A DNA stretch of 64,000 nucleotides from Fimbriosthenelais zetlandica (taxonomy: Eukaryota). The DNA lies in assembly GCA_977030845.1 (NCBI GenBank), contig OZ365118.1:3224001-3288000 (forward strand), in the 5' to 3' direction. Of this stretch, positions 51,411 to 64,000 are shown in pieces. Positions within the stretch are counted from its first letter, which is position 1. Every line of letters begins with the position of its first letter. The notes under the pieces are model-generated. The model made no database searches, had not been told where the DNA came from, and saw nothing but the letters and a program-made list of their open reading frames with translations. The position numbers were made by a program, and so were the translations under genes.

Positions 51411-54400
51411 CTTTTGTGCCTGCCAGACCGCAGCGAGTCCCTTGGTGGTCATGTTGAGCGTGGAAGAAAAGGGGAAAATGAAAGAGAGGGAAAGGGAGAG
51501 AGCTTAGCCCGGGGAAGAATGGAGAGAGAAGCAAGGCTTAGCCGTGGGAGGGTTTTTTTTCGTTTTGTGGACGGACGCTGGAATTCCCTGCCTTTGCATA
51601 CCGAGACGCAACACCACAGAGCCTGGAGGAGGCTGGGGGAATAATGAACACTCCCTGTGGTGGCTGGGTAAGCTGGAGATCTTAAACCTCCATACCAACC
51701 CAGCAGGTGGGGCCGTACTCCAGCTGATAGATATGGAATTCATAAACCTAATGTTTCACATCAAGACAAGGGTCGCCGACATGGTTGAGATACAAAAACC
51801 CGAGTCAGATTTCAAAAATTTACAAATGATAATCTGTGGGGACTCCCGCCTGCTTTCTCCTGAACCCAGGTCAGGGTTGGGAGGGCTATTCAAGGCTTCT
51901 AGCTGGTGTGAGGGAAAGGAGATGGAATCCCAGACATTTGTCCGTGACTTGTGAATGTGAAGAGGAAAAAATACCACTCTCACACATCCATCACGATGTC
52001 TGTCTACCCCAGCCTATGTAAAATGGCAAATAGAGTTCTCCATCATTAGACAGGCTTCTGATGGATTAGTCAATCCCTGAAAGGCATCAGGGGAATGACA
52101 AAATACCCAGTGTGGGAGTTAGACGCAAAGAAATACTAGAAATAATGCTAGAAAATACATAGGACACATCCTTTGGGAATGTAGAAATATTGAGAATTTT
52201 ATGTCGGCATAGAAGGGTAGGCTAGGGAAGAACGGTTTTATTAATGTCAATTTATTTTGATGAAATATCTGTTGGCAGCCGGCTCCGCCATTTGACTCCA
52301 CCTTTGTTAAATGCTCATGTTGTTATTTTCACCTCCTGTATCACATTTCCACCAGGACATTTCTCCACATCCGGTATTTAATAATAAGCGGGTTTTATTC
52401 CCCGTTTAATCCACCATTTCTATTTCCCCTTCACCTTTCCTCAGTATATACTTTGGCTACCAATTTGTAAGCCTGACCCGGACCTCACCGACCAGAGTGG
52501 GTCTTAACAATAGCTTCACTGCTCCACCAGAGAATTAAGATACTCAGATATGTACTGTAGATGGACAGACAGACAGATGGGAGAGATAAGTCCTACTCGA
52601 TTGTTACTGGTCAGTAACAATCGCCTCAGGTCAAACCCAATGAAATGTCCCCCCAAACCCTCACCCCTGACCTGTGATCATTTAAAGCTGCAACAAGCAG
52701 AAAATCCCTCATGCTTTCAAACAACCGTCTGTCTTTTTGTGTGCTACGTCACAGACGCTTGTGTAGAAGTACGCATGTTTTAATGACGTCATTCACAATG
52801 CCGTTGTATTAAGGATCAAATGAGAGGGTGGAGTGTTGGGTGATTACTTCAGCAACACAATAAATGCTTGGTGTTTGCGACTGCTTGTTTCTGGTCTGGC
52901 TCTGAAAAGCTTTCGAATCATGAGATTGGCGGAGTGGAAAGAAACTTATATAATTCCTGCTCATTATTGCCCAGTACCTCCCCCTCTTATGTTATAGGAC
53001 TGTGGAGAAGGGAACCTTAGTCTGCCAGCTTATATCCATTCACAACAAGTTCTTGGCTTCCCCAACAATAATGAACAACAGTACAACCATGCACTAATGC
53101 TTCTGAAGATTAGATAAAAAGTTCTGATGGTGCAATTTTGAGGTGGAAACTGTATGAAAACTCCTTCCAATAATGATATAGGAAGCGTGGAATGGGATGA
53201 CCTTTCAACGGGTTCTTTGGGAACAAGTGCGAAAATGGACAGTAAATGTTTTGATACAGATGTGGCCAAGCCCAAATATCTCAGAAGTAAATAGCCATAA
53301 CAATGTTCTACATGGTTGCGTTACAGCAGATAGCGCTCATTTCATCAGCTGCCTCCTGATTGAAGCCACCTTTCCAATGATAATGAAAAGCCCCTGACAT
53401 TTTTCATACCAGATTCAAATCGATAACAAAAAGTAGAAGTCTTAATTCTGGCTGATGAAGATTGGTGATTAATCTGTATTGTATCTGATATCTTCGCGGG
53501 TTGAAATGCCTGTAATTTCAAGGTTGGACTGGGCGGGGTGTCTCATATCAAAGGCTGTCTTACTGCCTGACTAATTAAAGTGATAATCACTGACTAAAGA
53601 ATGCCTCATATCCCAGATTAAACCCGAATACCGCTATATACATCAAAGCATGCCTAGACCTGGGCCAGCCTGGGCGTTACTAGGCGCGGATTAAGGTTGA
53701 TTTAAGTATATGGCTAACCCAGGGATGGCGTTAACCCTTAGGGTGGGTAAAGACAGGGTATGTTACTTAGTGTTAAGCCTCGGGTCATCGCTCCCTTCAT
53801 AATACATACGATCCTCTACCATTAACCGGTCAGAGTCCTATAGAAGACGAGAACAAAACCCCCAACTCTCAACTCACCCTCACTCACTCTTAAAACTTAA
53901 TACCTCAATCCGGGACGGGCTCGCTTACTTCCCCCGGTCTCCTATGTCTTTTATTATTTGTCTCTCAGAGCCACAAAGGAATCCAGGACTTGTTGACTCG
54001 AGCCACTAGCATTCAAAGCTGACCCGTGGCTTTAGTGAGTGTTTGCTTAAGGGACTTCAGAGGGCACTATATGTTCACATCAAAGACTGTACCACTATAG
54101 GTGTGGAACTATGGCTATCTGGACACTATTCACGCCTGGACAATGTTCCACCATCCCCAGGCCGGTCCAAGAGACACTTGTAGACACTGTCAAGTCCTCA
54201 GTGCGGATATACCACCCTACAACCCTATCAACACAAGGGAGGATTCAATCAAACAATCCAAACATCTTCACAACTCCACCGTCCACCACCAGTAATAGAT
54301 CTATCACGACACACCTGTGAAATTATCCCCTCAGCTTTGAATTTGTCCCAGCAAGAAATAACCATTTCCCACCTGGGTTTGAAATCCTATTGGGCTCATT

Positions 54401-57174
54401 ACTTATTAGGGTAGTACCCTTTTGATAGATCCATGTAAGGATGGTTTTCTTTTATATGGTATTATTTACTTTTATATACACCTACTTTTCCCAATCCTTT
54501 TGAGGGGCTTGGAGGGTGTTGTCTTTTCATCTTTACAAGTATGAGTTTTTATCCGCGAGGTGCCGGAAATCCTGACCCTAGCCTGTCCGTATAGAGACCC
54601 CCTCCTCTAGAGGCACACGAGGGACAACATCAAAGTCCAGGCCAGCAATTATTACCCACTAATTGCTGGCTCCCCATCACAAACAATTAGACGGAGAAAC
54701 CAAGCGAGCTGAGGGCGTGGGATAATCAATTAAGACGGGTCCAACAATGGGAAGGGCTTAAGAACAATGGATGTAGGCAGGTGGAAATGATGAGGGGGGT
54801 GGAGGCATGTGTGAGCTCAACGTCTGGCGCGACTTGTAATATAGCGGGACAGCTAACAAATGGAGAAGTTATATCAAAGGCTAGAAATGCTGCTCTGTGC
54901 ATACTTAGTCTGGCTTGAGACGCTCTGACGCTACAAGTGGGGGATGAAGGAAGGGCGGATTGTTTTATAGGCTTTATATGTGGAGATGAAACAATAATAT
55001 TATGATGCATTAAGCGATTTATCCTTCCAGTCCGTATATTAGAAATCCATATTTTAATATCCATATTTCAGCTGAATGAAATTCATTTTAATTAACTCCT
55101 AATGGAATGATATAGATTTATTAGATATATATCGAGTTTTGACTTCATATACCGTACCATTGATTAGAGATAAGACAACTCTTAATTTGACTTGACATTA
55201 AAATGAGTGCAATTAGAATGTATGGATATAATGGTACATATATTATTCTACCGTCTCCGCCCCGGGCAGTGCGGGAATGAAGGAGTTGATTAATTAACGT
55301 CCACCGTCTAGTCCTCTCAATGTGTCGGCAATGATCGGGAATTAAAGCTCGAGCGTCACCGTGGGAATTCCACGAGGAGACGAGACTATAGAGAAATCAT
55401 CTATTTTACTGCTTAATATTCCCTCATACTCACTCATCATTCTGCCAGTACATATCCTATAGTCGCAAACTCACAAGTAGCTATTGTGCCAACTATAAAT
55501 GAGAAATTGAATTGAAATGCTTTAACAGTGAAAAATTCCGCTGATTGCAACATTTCCGCAGTATATTCCAATATTTTGTAGGAAACCCAGTTAAACCTAT
55601 CATAAAGTACCCTTCACATGTGTTGGATCTTTTGAAAAAAGCCACAGCTTCCTGATATTAAACAGATAAAGGAGAATGACACTGTTGTCTATGGAGTAAC
55701 TAAACGATCCCTAGTGGAGGTAAAGTGACTTATGAAGGCAGATGGTCCCCGGGGGCAAACCTACAGCTCTAGGAGCACTATTTCAACCCTGATCCCTCCT
55801 AGTCCTTCCCCCTGCCTTCCCCCTTCACACTATCTCCAGGAACTGGCCGTATAATGTAGTAACTATAGGAGAAATAGACCTGGTCTACTGGTCAGTTTAG
55901 TTCCAGTCTGATGCTCGTTATATGTAAGGGACCTTTTCTCCCCCGGGCATAAATACTAACCGACCATCGTTGATAAATAAGGCGTTGATTGCTTCACCCG
56001 ACTCCACTACAGTCTCCTCTCCTATAGACACAGCCCCACACAACAAAGCCTTTGTACTAATATTTATTTTCATTTGGAGCATAATCGGCGAATCTAACCC
56101 CAACCTCAAAGCAATCTTCCCCGACCCTTTTATATAGTATATACATAGTAAGCCGCTGCTTCACTCATATATATATTATTACTTTATGCGACCTCGGGGA
56201 CTGAAGTAAGGCATTATTTAGCACTTAGATATAAAAGCCTCGACCCGAGCCCCTGTATATTAATGTGAAGAGGCAAGTTATCAACACAAACTATGAATTA
56301 TTCCCGGGGATATTTTTGTGGAGGTTGGACGGTGGTGTGGAGGGGTCATTGATGCTGGAGGCGAGTTGCTCATGAACGACTCGTCTAGACTGGGTCCAGA
56401 TGCCAGGCTGACAAGCCGTGGTCAAGCTCATACCCCATCCACACATACTCCATACATATCTTTAAAACCAGAATTATTCTCCTGACAACCTATTCCAAGT
56501 ATGGCAATAACCTGAACAAGATCATCAAGGATATAGCTCTGTAGTTGGCTGAATCGTGATGGATCGCCACAATAGAGCATTTTACCATCGCACCAGTCCA
56601 TTCGCTGTGCCGACTTGCTGGCAGCTTGGCCGACTTGCTGGCCATTTTTTTGCACATCATGTCTGGATTGGACGGCTGTCCTTGAGCCAAGGAAAACAAT
56701 CAAGTAAATAAAGTAGGAAGCAAGAAAAGAAAAGCTGGGCTCCCGTGGGATAACTGGGTTAGGGTCTATATGATTGCAATGAGGCTGGGACTTGTAGCCA
56801 GCGGCTGGAGGAGGGGTCTATAATATGGCCCTGTGGACCAGTATTAGTCCTATAGTACATGTTTAGGACAGGGACAATAATCAAGGGCTAAATAAAATGA
56901 AAATAACTCCTTTTTACCTTAACACACAGTCTTCGAATTTAAAGAAGTACTTATTGTTCTTTCCCCAGGAAAAATATGGCTCTATCTCTTTCTCTCCCCG
57001 CTCTTCCCCATGTCCCCTCCCTCTCCCCCTAGTCTCTGCGCTCGCCTGATAAGGGAAACTCAGTGTATTTCCCAGTGAAATATGAAGCAGGTAAATAATA
57101 TTAGTCGATATGCGTGCATCTCCTGGCTGTAGATAATCCACGTTAACCCCAGTACTGACCTGCCCAGCTCTGTC

Positions 57175-57236
57175 AGGCTTAACATGGTCATGTAGGCTTA
57201 ACATGGTCATGTAGGCTTAACATGGTCATGTAGGCT
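57175..57236. repeat. 19-bp perfect tandem repeat x3.3
   Basis: AGGCTTAACATGGTCATGT starting at 57175, 57194 and 57213, with a partial copy at 57232. Confidence 0.95.
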
Positions 57237-60200
57237 CACATCTATATATAATATACTATATACTGTAACAATGGGTAACAATGTCGCCAACCCTCTGCCA
57301 CTGCCCTACATTCAATGCTAACTTCCAGATGTCCACAGGAACCCTTAAAGAACCATGTTACTCCTATGGAAAATGTATTTAACTTCAATTCACAAGACGG
57401 TCATTTTAATATATTTTTTTCTTGTAAAATCAGGGGTTTTTGAGGTTTTTAAATGTGCCTTTTCATGGTAAATAACCTTGGCAAGTTTGTTATTACATGC
57501 ACTAAGGCTTCCAAAGTTGTATTACAGTCCTTAAAGTTGTATTACATCGGGTAAAAGCAGGGAAGCATATTTACAAAGGAAAAGTGTCTTTGTTATTAAC
57601 ACGAATCTGAAATGAATTAATGAAAGGCGATGGCACTTCAGAGATGTGAATTATTCAGTACTTTCATTAAAATCTCTCCCTTTTCTCCATCTTTTTCAGT
57701 CGGTACAGTATTTGCCGCTGGCTGGCCTCTCCACGGGACCACTGAGGTATGCACGGTAAGCATGCGCTTAATACCCGCAATATTTATCTACATTTATTTG
57801 TGGTAAAACATGTCATTTCCATGTGGGTTAATGAGTTTGGGGACAGGCCTGGACAGGGCCTTTCTCCCTCTACACTCACCCCTTCCCCTCAATCTTGGTA
57901 CGACAATGGCCGACCTGAACTTTAATTGTACAAGTTGTGTCTTTGTTTGCTGTGGTCTATCAGGGTCCATGTTAGTGTCATGGAAAGTAATACATACATC
58001 CATCCCACCCCACCGATCTGATTACTAACCTGCCCTGCTGGCTCAATACTCCCCCAGGCCAGCCCGGCCATGGACATTTGTGGGTGTAATCGATAGAAAT
58101 CGGTCCATAATAAAGGGAGAAAAAAGAAGTAATTCACTAGAGAGGCACTACCAGTCTATCGATTCTCACATTGGGGGGTTTGTTACATTGTTAGAGTAGC
58201 CCCTCCTCGTCCTGAGTCCAACTCCCAGGGCTTGGATTATACCCTCATCCCAAAGATTATGACATGAAAAGGAACATTGTGCTTCATATTAATGACATAA
58301 TCTTACCATAAATTTACCACATGCTACTTGATAGAAAGAGATGGTATATAAGGCCACTTGTCAAATCATGCAGATATTTTATAGCCCTCATCAAATGTTT
58401 TATTGCCTATACATTGTCATAGATTTTATAGTCTGGGAATTGATTTAATTCTCAATCATCTTGATTTTATACTTGAAACAATGGACTTGGCTGACTGTCA
58501 CAAGTCTAGCAGGGAAGGCACTATAGAGGGTCTTTCCCCTACATCCGGAGTAATTCAGGGCATTTGCTTTGGCATCTAATTTACATGAGAGAGTGGTTGA
58601 GGGCTTTGTTTTGATGGAATACTCGCGTCACTTGATGCTCCCTCCTCCTCTCCCCATCCATCCTCCATCAGACATTTCTTGATCTGCTCTCTCTGGCGCT
58701 CTAATGACTAATTTAAAACTCCTCAGCCCACCCTGCCTAACATCTAATTTCTTACATTGTCATATATTTTCCATTTAACCCCAGGGGTGATATAACAAGG
58801 CCCCATTTAATTTCCTTCGGGAAAAATCGATTTTCGTTGTTAAATATTTGTGCGTGTCAGATTAGGCTTGTTTTAAGTTTAGCGTTTGCTGTCTCAGCAC
58901 CTGGCTTAGCCTTGTTTGGCTACAGAAATGACTAACAAATACAATGAGCCAAACTGGAATTAACACTTGAATATAAAGCCCCTCGTACCCACACGCGTCT
59001 AATGGTAAATTGTAGCATAAACATTATCCCGCCTAACCTAAACATAGCGCTGTAGTACCTTTGTTCTTTTCTTCTTGTAGCGCTTAAGATGTGAGGACAC
59101 AGTGAGATAATTGGCGTAAATGGCCATGTTGTTGTTTTTTGTTTTAATTGTAATTTATATGTCTCAGAGAAGCAGATGTAGAAGCGATATAGAGAAGGTA
59201 TGGGGCTGATAGTATGAAGTTAGATCGGGTAGTTAGGCACTATTGTTGGCTACAGGTTTTTATGTGGGCGCCTACCCATATTTACCACCCATTAATTACT
59301 TTTTCTTGAGTAAGAAAAAACCTGAAAAATGCCTTTTTACTCTGACCACTTGCAAAGTCTCACGGTAAAAAGAACAAAAGAAATTTATTACTAAATACAA
59401 GTAGAGCGTCTGCTGTAGAAAAATTCTCCCTACATATATTCAGCTATGTGATCATTAGCACATACATTGCTCTGTTATTTCAAGAAGAAAATTAAATATG
59501 AAATAATTTAATGATATATCTCAGAGATGAGGCTCATCAGAGTCTAATTAACATTAAATTACCTGGGCATTAAAATGTACATTTTGATGATTATCAGCCA
59601 TACATATAGTGTAGCTTTATTTAACCTACCTCCCCCAACAAAGACCTGCCGCTTCTACCCCACCGCCCATAAACTTATGAATCCATAACACATTTGTACA
59701 TCATGAAAGGAGCACTATATTTTATTTATAGCCTCGCTAGCTTATAATTATAAAAGGACGTGGGTTGAACTCGGGGTTAATTTGGTCATTATCACATTCC
59801 GTTCTCCCCCCGTTAATACAAGCTCGACATACTTGCTGGTGCAACCCCACATGAGTCTACACCCACTCTATAAATAATATGTATGGACTTCATACAATCA
59901 AGGATCAATGCTAGAAGCACAGCGCCCCACTGGATCTTTTTAACAGTCCATAGAGCCCCTTGACCCTGCAAAAAGGTCAATTGCTTATAATGAGCAAGGC
60001 CCCTGTATCCTATAAGATCATATGGCGCTATACATCTGCGTGATGACAATTTATATGTGAGCCATAGGGCATGTATGCCCCAGGGCATTCATATGGGGCC
60101 TCGGGGGTGACATGGGGCTGTGGGGGTGAGGTGTAGGGAGGACAGGGTGGGGGGTGGATCCAGCCCTCCCCCTACACCTGCTGACATAGGCCAGTTGAGG

Positions 60201-61859
60201 AAATGCCCTCTTTTGGTTCTGTGATGATAGGTAATGGTCCTATATAAGTATGACAAATAGAAGCCTGCCACTCCCCCTACCGGCCCCCACACCGCCAGAG
60301 GTCGCGCGGGTTCTGTGTCAGTAGACAGGGTAACATACGGGCAATGGCGGCCCTCAGCTGGGCGATAATTGAGGTACACCTCCATGTATATTACAGGACA
60401 TATGTAGCATACCTGACTGGTCTGGGGATGCGGTACTACAATTTGTGATGTGGTTGTACTAGGAACATGGGCTTTAGTCTACCGAGGGGGAGGGCTTCAT
60501 GCTCCAATGATACCCCCACTCCTACTCTATCATTACCACATCATGGAGTCCCCACCAAAATTACTACCTCTCTCCCCACCGCCAAACCAGACTTTCCTTC
60601 CTCTTCTCTTCGTACAGACTTGTACCTGTACAATTAAAGACATGCTTCAGCAGCAGAGCTGGGCTCCTGCCAACCTCCCACCCTTCATCCCCAACATCAC
60701 AAGCAAGCCATGATATTTGAATATATATCCTCCTTTCTTCATTGAGAGAATTGACTTTCAACTGACAGCTCAGTTATGTTTCTGACTCAGTACTGACATC
60801 ATTTTAAGACTTTGAATTTTTGAATTTCAAGGCTGGGATGATGTGGCTGATCTTACAGGCTGACAATGATTGGATCTAACATTATTGAGTTGAGTTTAAA
60901 GAACCTGTTTACAATATCATGCTATATGGGATGTGATTGAACTTATCAACCTATTCCTTAGTACATTAAAGCCACATGCAAGGATGGACCTTTCGTGTCT
61001 GCCTATTCTACCTACAATAATAGAAAATCCCAGAGTATAGAAGCTTGCAGCAGCAGACCTGGCTGTGTATTGAAGCTGCAGTTAGCTGGCTGTGACAGCT
61101 GCAGCTTTTTACAATGTTTTGCATTCTGTCCTGATTCTACTGGCTACTGGAATTTCCATCAGCTTTTACCACTGACAGTGTCAACTCATTTCATGCGAAA
61201 GTCGGAAGTTGAGTGTTCAGTTTGGCATATTATAACAAGACCACAGTGAACCATGTACTGGAGGCAGTTAATTGACGATTCCGTAGAAGTTCTTAAGGAC
61301 ATTAACTCAACACTGGAGAACCTTAAAGTGTAGCAATTACCTCCAGCACTCTGAGCCTCTAAAAACCCTATTCTAGCCCCTAGAGACCCCCTAATAGCCC
61401 TTAACACTGAGGGGCATATATATAAGGCACACCTCTGATATTTTTTGTCCCCCTGGCGCTGAGGACCATGTTTATATAAGGTTGGAAATAGCCAGAGAAT
61501 GATTAGCGTGGCCTGGATGGAATCTGTCTCAATCTTTTGGGGATCCTCTGAGGGGGTGATATTGGTGAGGTTTATTCTGGCGGGTGCTCAGCTCGCCTTG
61601 TATCAGTACCTTATCATGGCTGCTTATAGACCCGTACAGGCAGCCAGAGATATGCTGGAATTACCAAATGAGGAAGACTGCTGGATCATTTAGTGAGCTT
61701 AGTGTGGCCACTGGCTGGCCGAGAATATAAATATATACAGGTCCTTACAATAGAACCCACAGAGAAAGCTGTTAATATAAACTACCCTGCTTAAAACTAT
61801 GCTGTAAGACCCTTCTGAATAGGTTAAACTCAATGTTGGTGATAGAAATTATTCATGTA

Positions 61860-62100
61860 TTCAGCCATTGAATCGCATGATGGTTTTTGTCCTATGTATG
61901 CAGCCATTGACTAATGTTATGGTTTTTGACCTACATATGCAGCCATTGACTAGCGTTATGGTGTTTGACCTATATTGACTATAGCGTTATAGTTTTTTAC
62001 CTAGATGTAGGTAGCCATTGACTCGTTATGGTTTTTGACCTATATTGCCCAGTGTTATGGTTTTTGACCTATATTGCCCAGTGTTATAGTTTTTGACTTG
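61860..62100. repeat. Imperfect tandem repeat with 39-bp and ~29-bp units
   Basis: CAGCCATTGA..GTTATGGTTTTTGACCTA.. units at 61862, 61901 and 61940, then shorter GTTATGGTTTTTGACCTATATTGCCCAGT units to ~62100. Confidence 0.85.
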
Positions 62101-64000
62101 TATTTTTTGTCTAACCTTTATACCTCGCCGTCTCTACCCTTGTCCACCGCTCAGAGCCAGTCAGTGTTAACACTGGAGGATCTATGTGGCGGATATTAGC
62201 GGATCTTACCCGCCTAGAGAATATTCACAGTGATGTGTATTTCTCCGGGGGTATAGGCAGATTGGCGGGCGCTGGGGAGATCTTATACATCCACTAGAAG
62301 CAATATCCCACACTCCTATTTCCATCTGAAGACATCCCACAGTGTATGGAGGCCAGCAGGCCAGCAGGCAGGCAAATCAGTATTAGGACATTTCCCACCA
62401 GGGCAAAGATTCATCCGGTCTGCCAGGAAATTGTCTAACTAAAGTCATTTCTTAAATATATTGCAAACTTCAGGTAAAGTTAGCTGAGATTCTACAGTAA
62501 TTTGACAGCGAAATGGTATAGAATCTATCAATAGAAAATAATCTATCAGTTACTCTATTCTTTTCACCAATTGCTCATTCGATCATATGTAATTTTGAGA
62601 TATTGTGATGGGTTGGTATTGCGAAATATATGGATAATATTGGGAGGAATGAAGTGCGCTGCAGCAGGCATGTAGGGTTAGTGGGATCCCGCCTTGTATT
62701 GGGGTTGGGTGAAGCCTGTCGGGTTTTAGCATGGAGACCTTGTTTGATATGAATCCCAATCATCTCTGACAGTATGGTCGAGCCTTCCCCCCTGATGGTC
62801 AGTATTCAGATAGCCTCCATTGACCAACTGGACAGCCGATCAGCCCCTCTTATAATATCATGGAAGCTTATAGGTGGACTCCATATAGAAATGTCCATCC
62901 AGGAAAAACGCTATATCCCCCATGTTATAGCCCTTATGTAGGCCCTTACATAGAGTGCCCTGCTGGCTTAGTGCTATTGTATACAAACACGGAGAAAATA
63001 TCAAAAAGTGAATAAAGCTTTCTGCTGATCGATAAGAGACCATTTAATGGCTGTTGTTTGCTAAGCCACGGCCATATAATTACAATAAAACCAACATGGC
63101 GAGAAATGAAAGTGAAATTCGCAGCAGATCGATAAGATAGTGCGTCTGTGATAAGCCGATCTCCGGGTTATAGGGAGCAGTATAATAACAAGTGATTGGC
63201 CGCACTGCGAGCCGCTCCATTGAACAAGTGAGCGACTCGGTGCAAACAAATTGTAGTTCGATACTCCATACAGCGAGCAAATAGTGGGCTGCTCCACCAA
63301 GCAGCCGAGGAGAAAGGCTTTATGTATGGACGTCAAGCACTGATCATCTCAGTTCATGACAAGGAGGGAGAGACAGTGAGTTGGCGGAGTATCCAGGACC
63401 AAACTCTCCCCTGTCATGAGACCCAGACCTACCAAAAACACCAATGATTGATCACCTAGTAACAGTGCAGAATCAGATTCCCTTGTTTGTTTTTATTTAC
63501 CCCTGTTCGTCCCCTCGTGAAATGGCCTTTCATTACCTTTGGAGGAGGCGGGGATACCTCTAATTCACCAGTTATTGCATCTGATGTCTGCATTAATCTG
63601 CGAAGCTTTGCCGCTCGCCGATTTATCGCTGTGAATATAGTGGCTACCAACTCCTCAGAGATGAATATCTGTCCGCCATTGGTTTCCAGTTTAGCTAATT
63701 TCCTCTCATAATAGATATCTATGGCTGAAAAAACACAGTCTTCATGGCCCTTCACATGGCATGGAAAATGGGAAAACAAATAGTGGGAGATATCACGGCC
63801 ATTTGTGCCTTTGTATTTATATGCCAGGGAATGAACTAAACTTGTAATCGCTCATAAAACAACCCAAGCTCTCGTGTCTTCCCTGTTTATTCCCTATACA
63901 GATTTATATCGAATCCATCTTCAGTCTTTAGTATCCAAGGCAACACATATTTTTCTGCCTTCCTTCCACACAACATTGTCATTTAAATTTTTCACGGTGT

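Noticed and set aside
51544-51983. Overlapping 136-aa (+) and 75-aa (-) ORFs upstream of the promoter
   Set aside because: No motif and no splice support; within chance length.
63255-63263. GTTCGATAC B-box-like word (tRNA/SINE)
   Set aside because: No properly spaced A-box, cloverleaf or poly(T) terminator.
63456-63779. 107-aa minus-strand ORF near the window end
   Set aside because: No recognisable family and no clear splice sites.
51017-64000. Additional variable (ectodomain) protocadherin exons
   Set aside because: No ORF with cadherin motifs exists in this stretch or in intron 1, so a cluster cannot be claimed from this window.

Overview
Eukaryotic (animal, most likely lophotrochozoan invertebrate) genomic DNA, dominated by one minus-strand protocadherin gene. 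One 2.7 kb coding exon (47887-50604) encodes the signal peptide, 7 cadherin repeats, TM helix and juxtamembrane tail. It splices across a 27.9 kb intron to three small cytoplasmic exons (19808-19942, which is absent from the ORF track, then 15438-15615 and 12911-13539). All junctions are GT-AG and phase-consistent, giving a ~1219 aa delta1-like protocadherin with a DSGRGPS (CM1-like) motif, a WIRS-like motif (LTTFNP) and a hydrophobic C-terminus (DVVV). Second-look items: (i) a candidate in-frame alternative last exon inside intron 1 with its own WIRS-like motif; (ii) a ~1 kb higher-order minisatellite starting 14 nt after a splice donor and carrying 15 ACUAAC sites on the pre-mRNA strand; (iii) a perfect CTCF core in intron 1; (iv) a spliced, uAUG-rich 5' leader behind a CCAAT + TGATTGACAG promoter signature; (v) an apparent excess of TCF/LEF CTTTGATG words; (vi) a convergent, spliced but non-coding exon chain at 4.4-5.5 kb. 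No tRNA, rRNA, CRISPR array or intact transposon is supported. Everything was read by eye; no database search or transcript evidence was available, so exon models are predictions.
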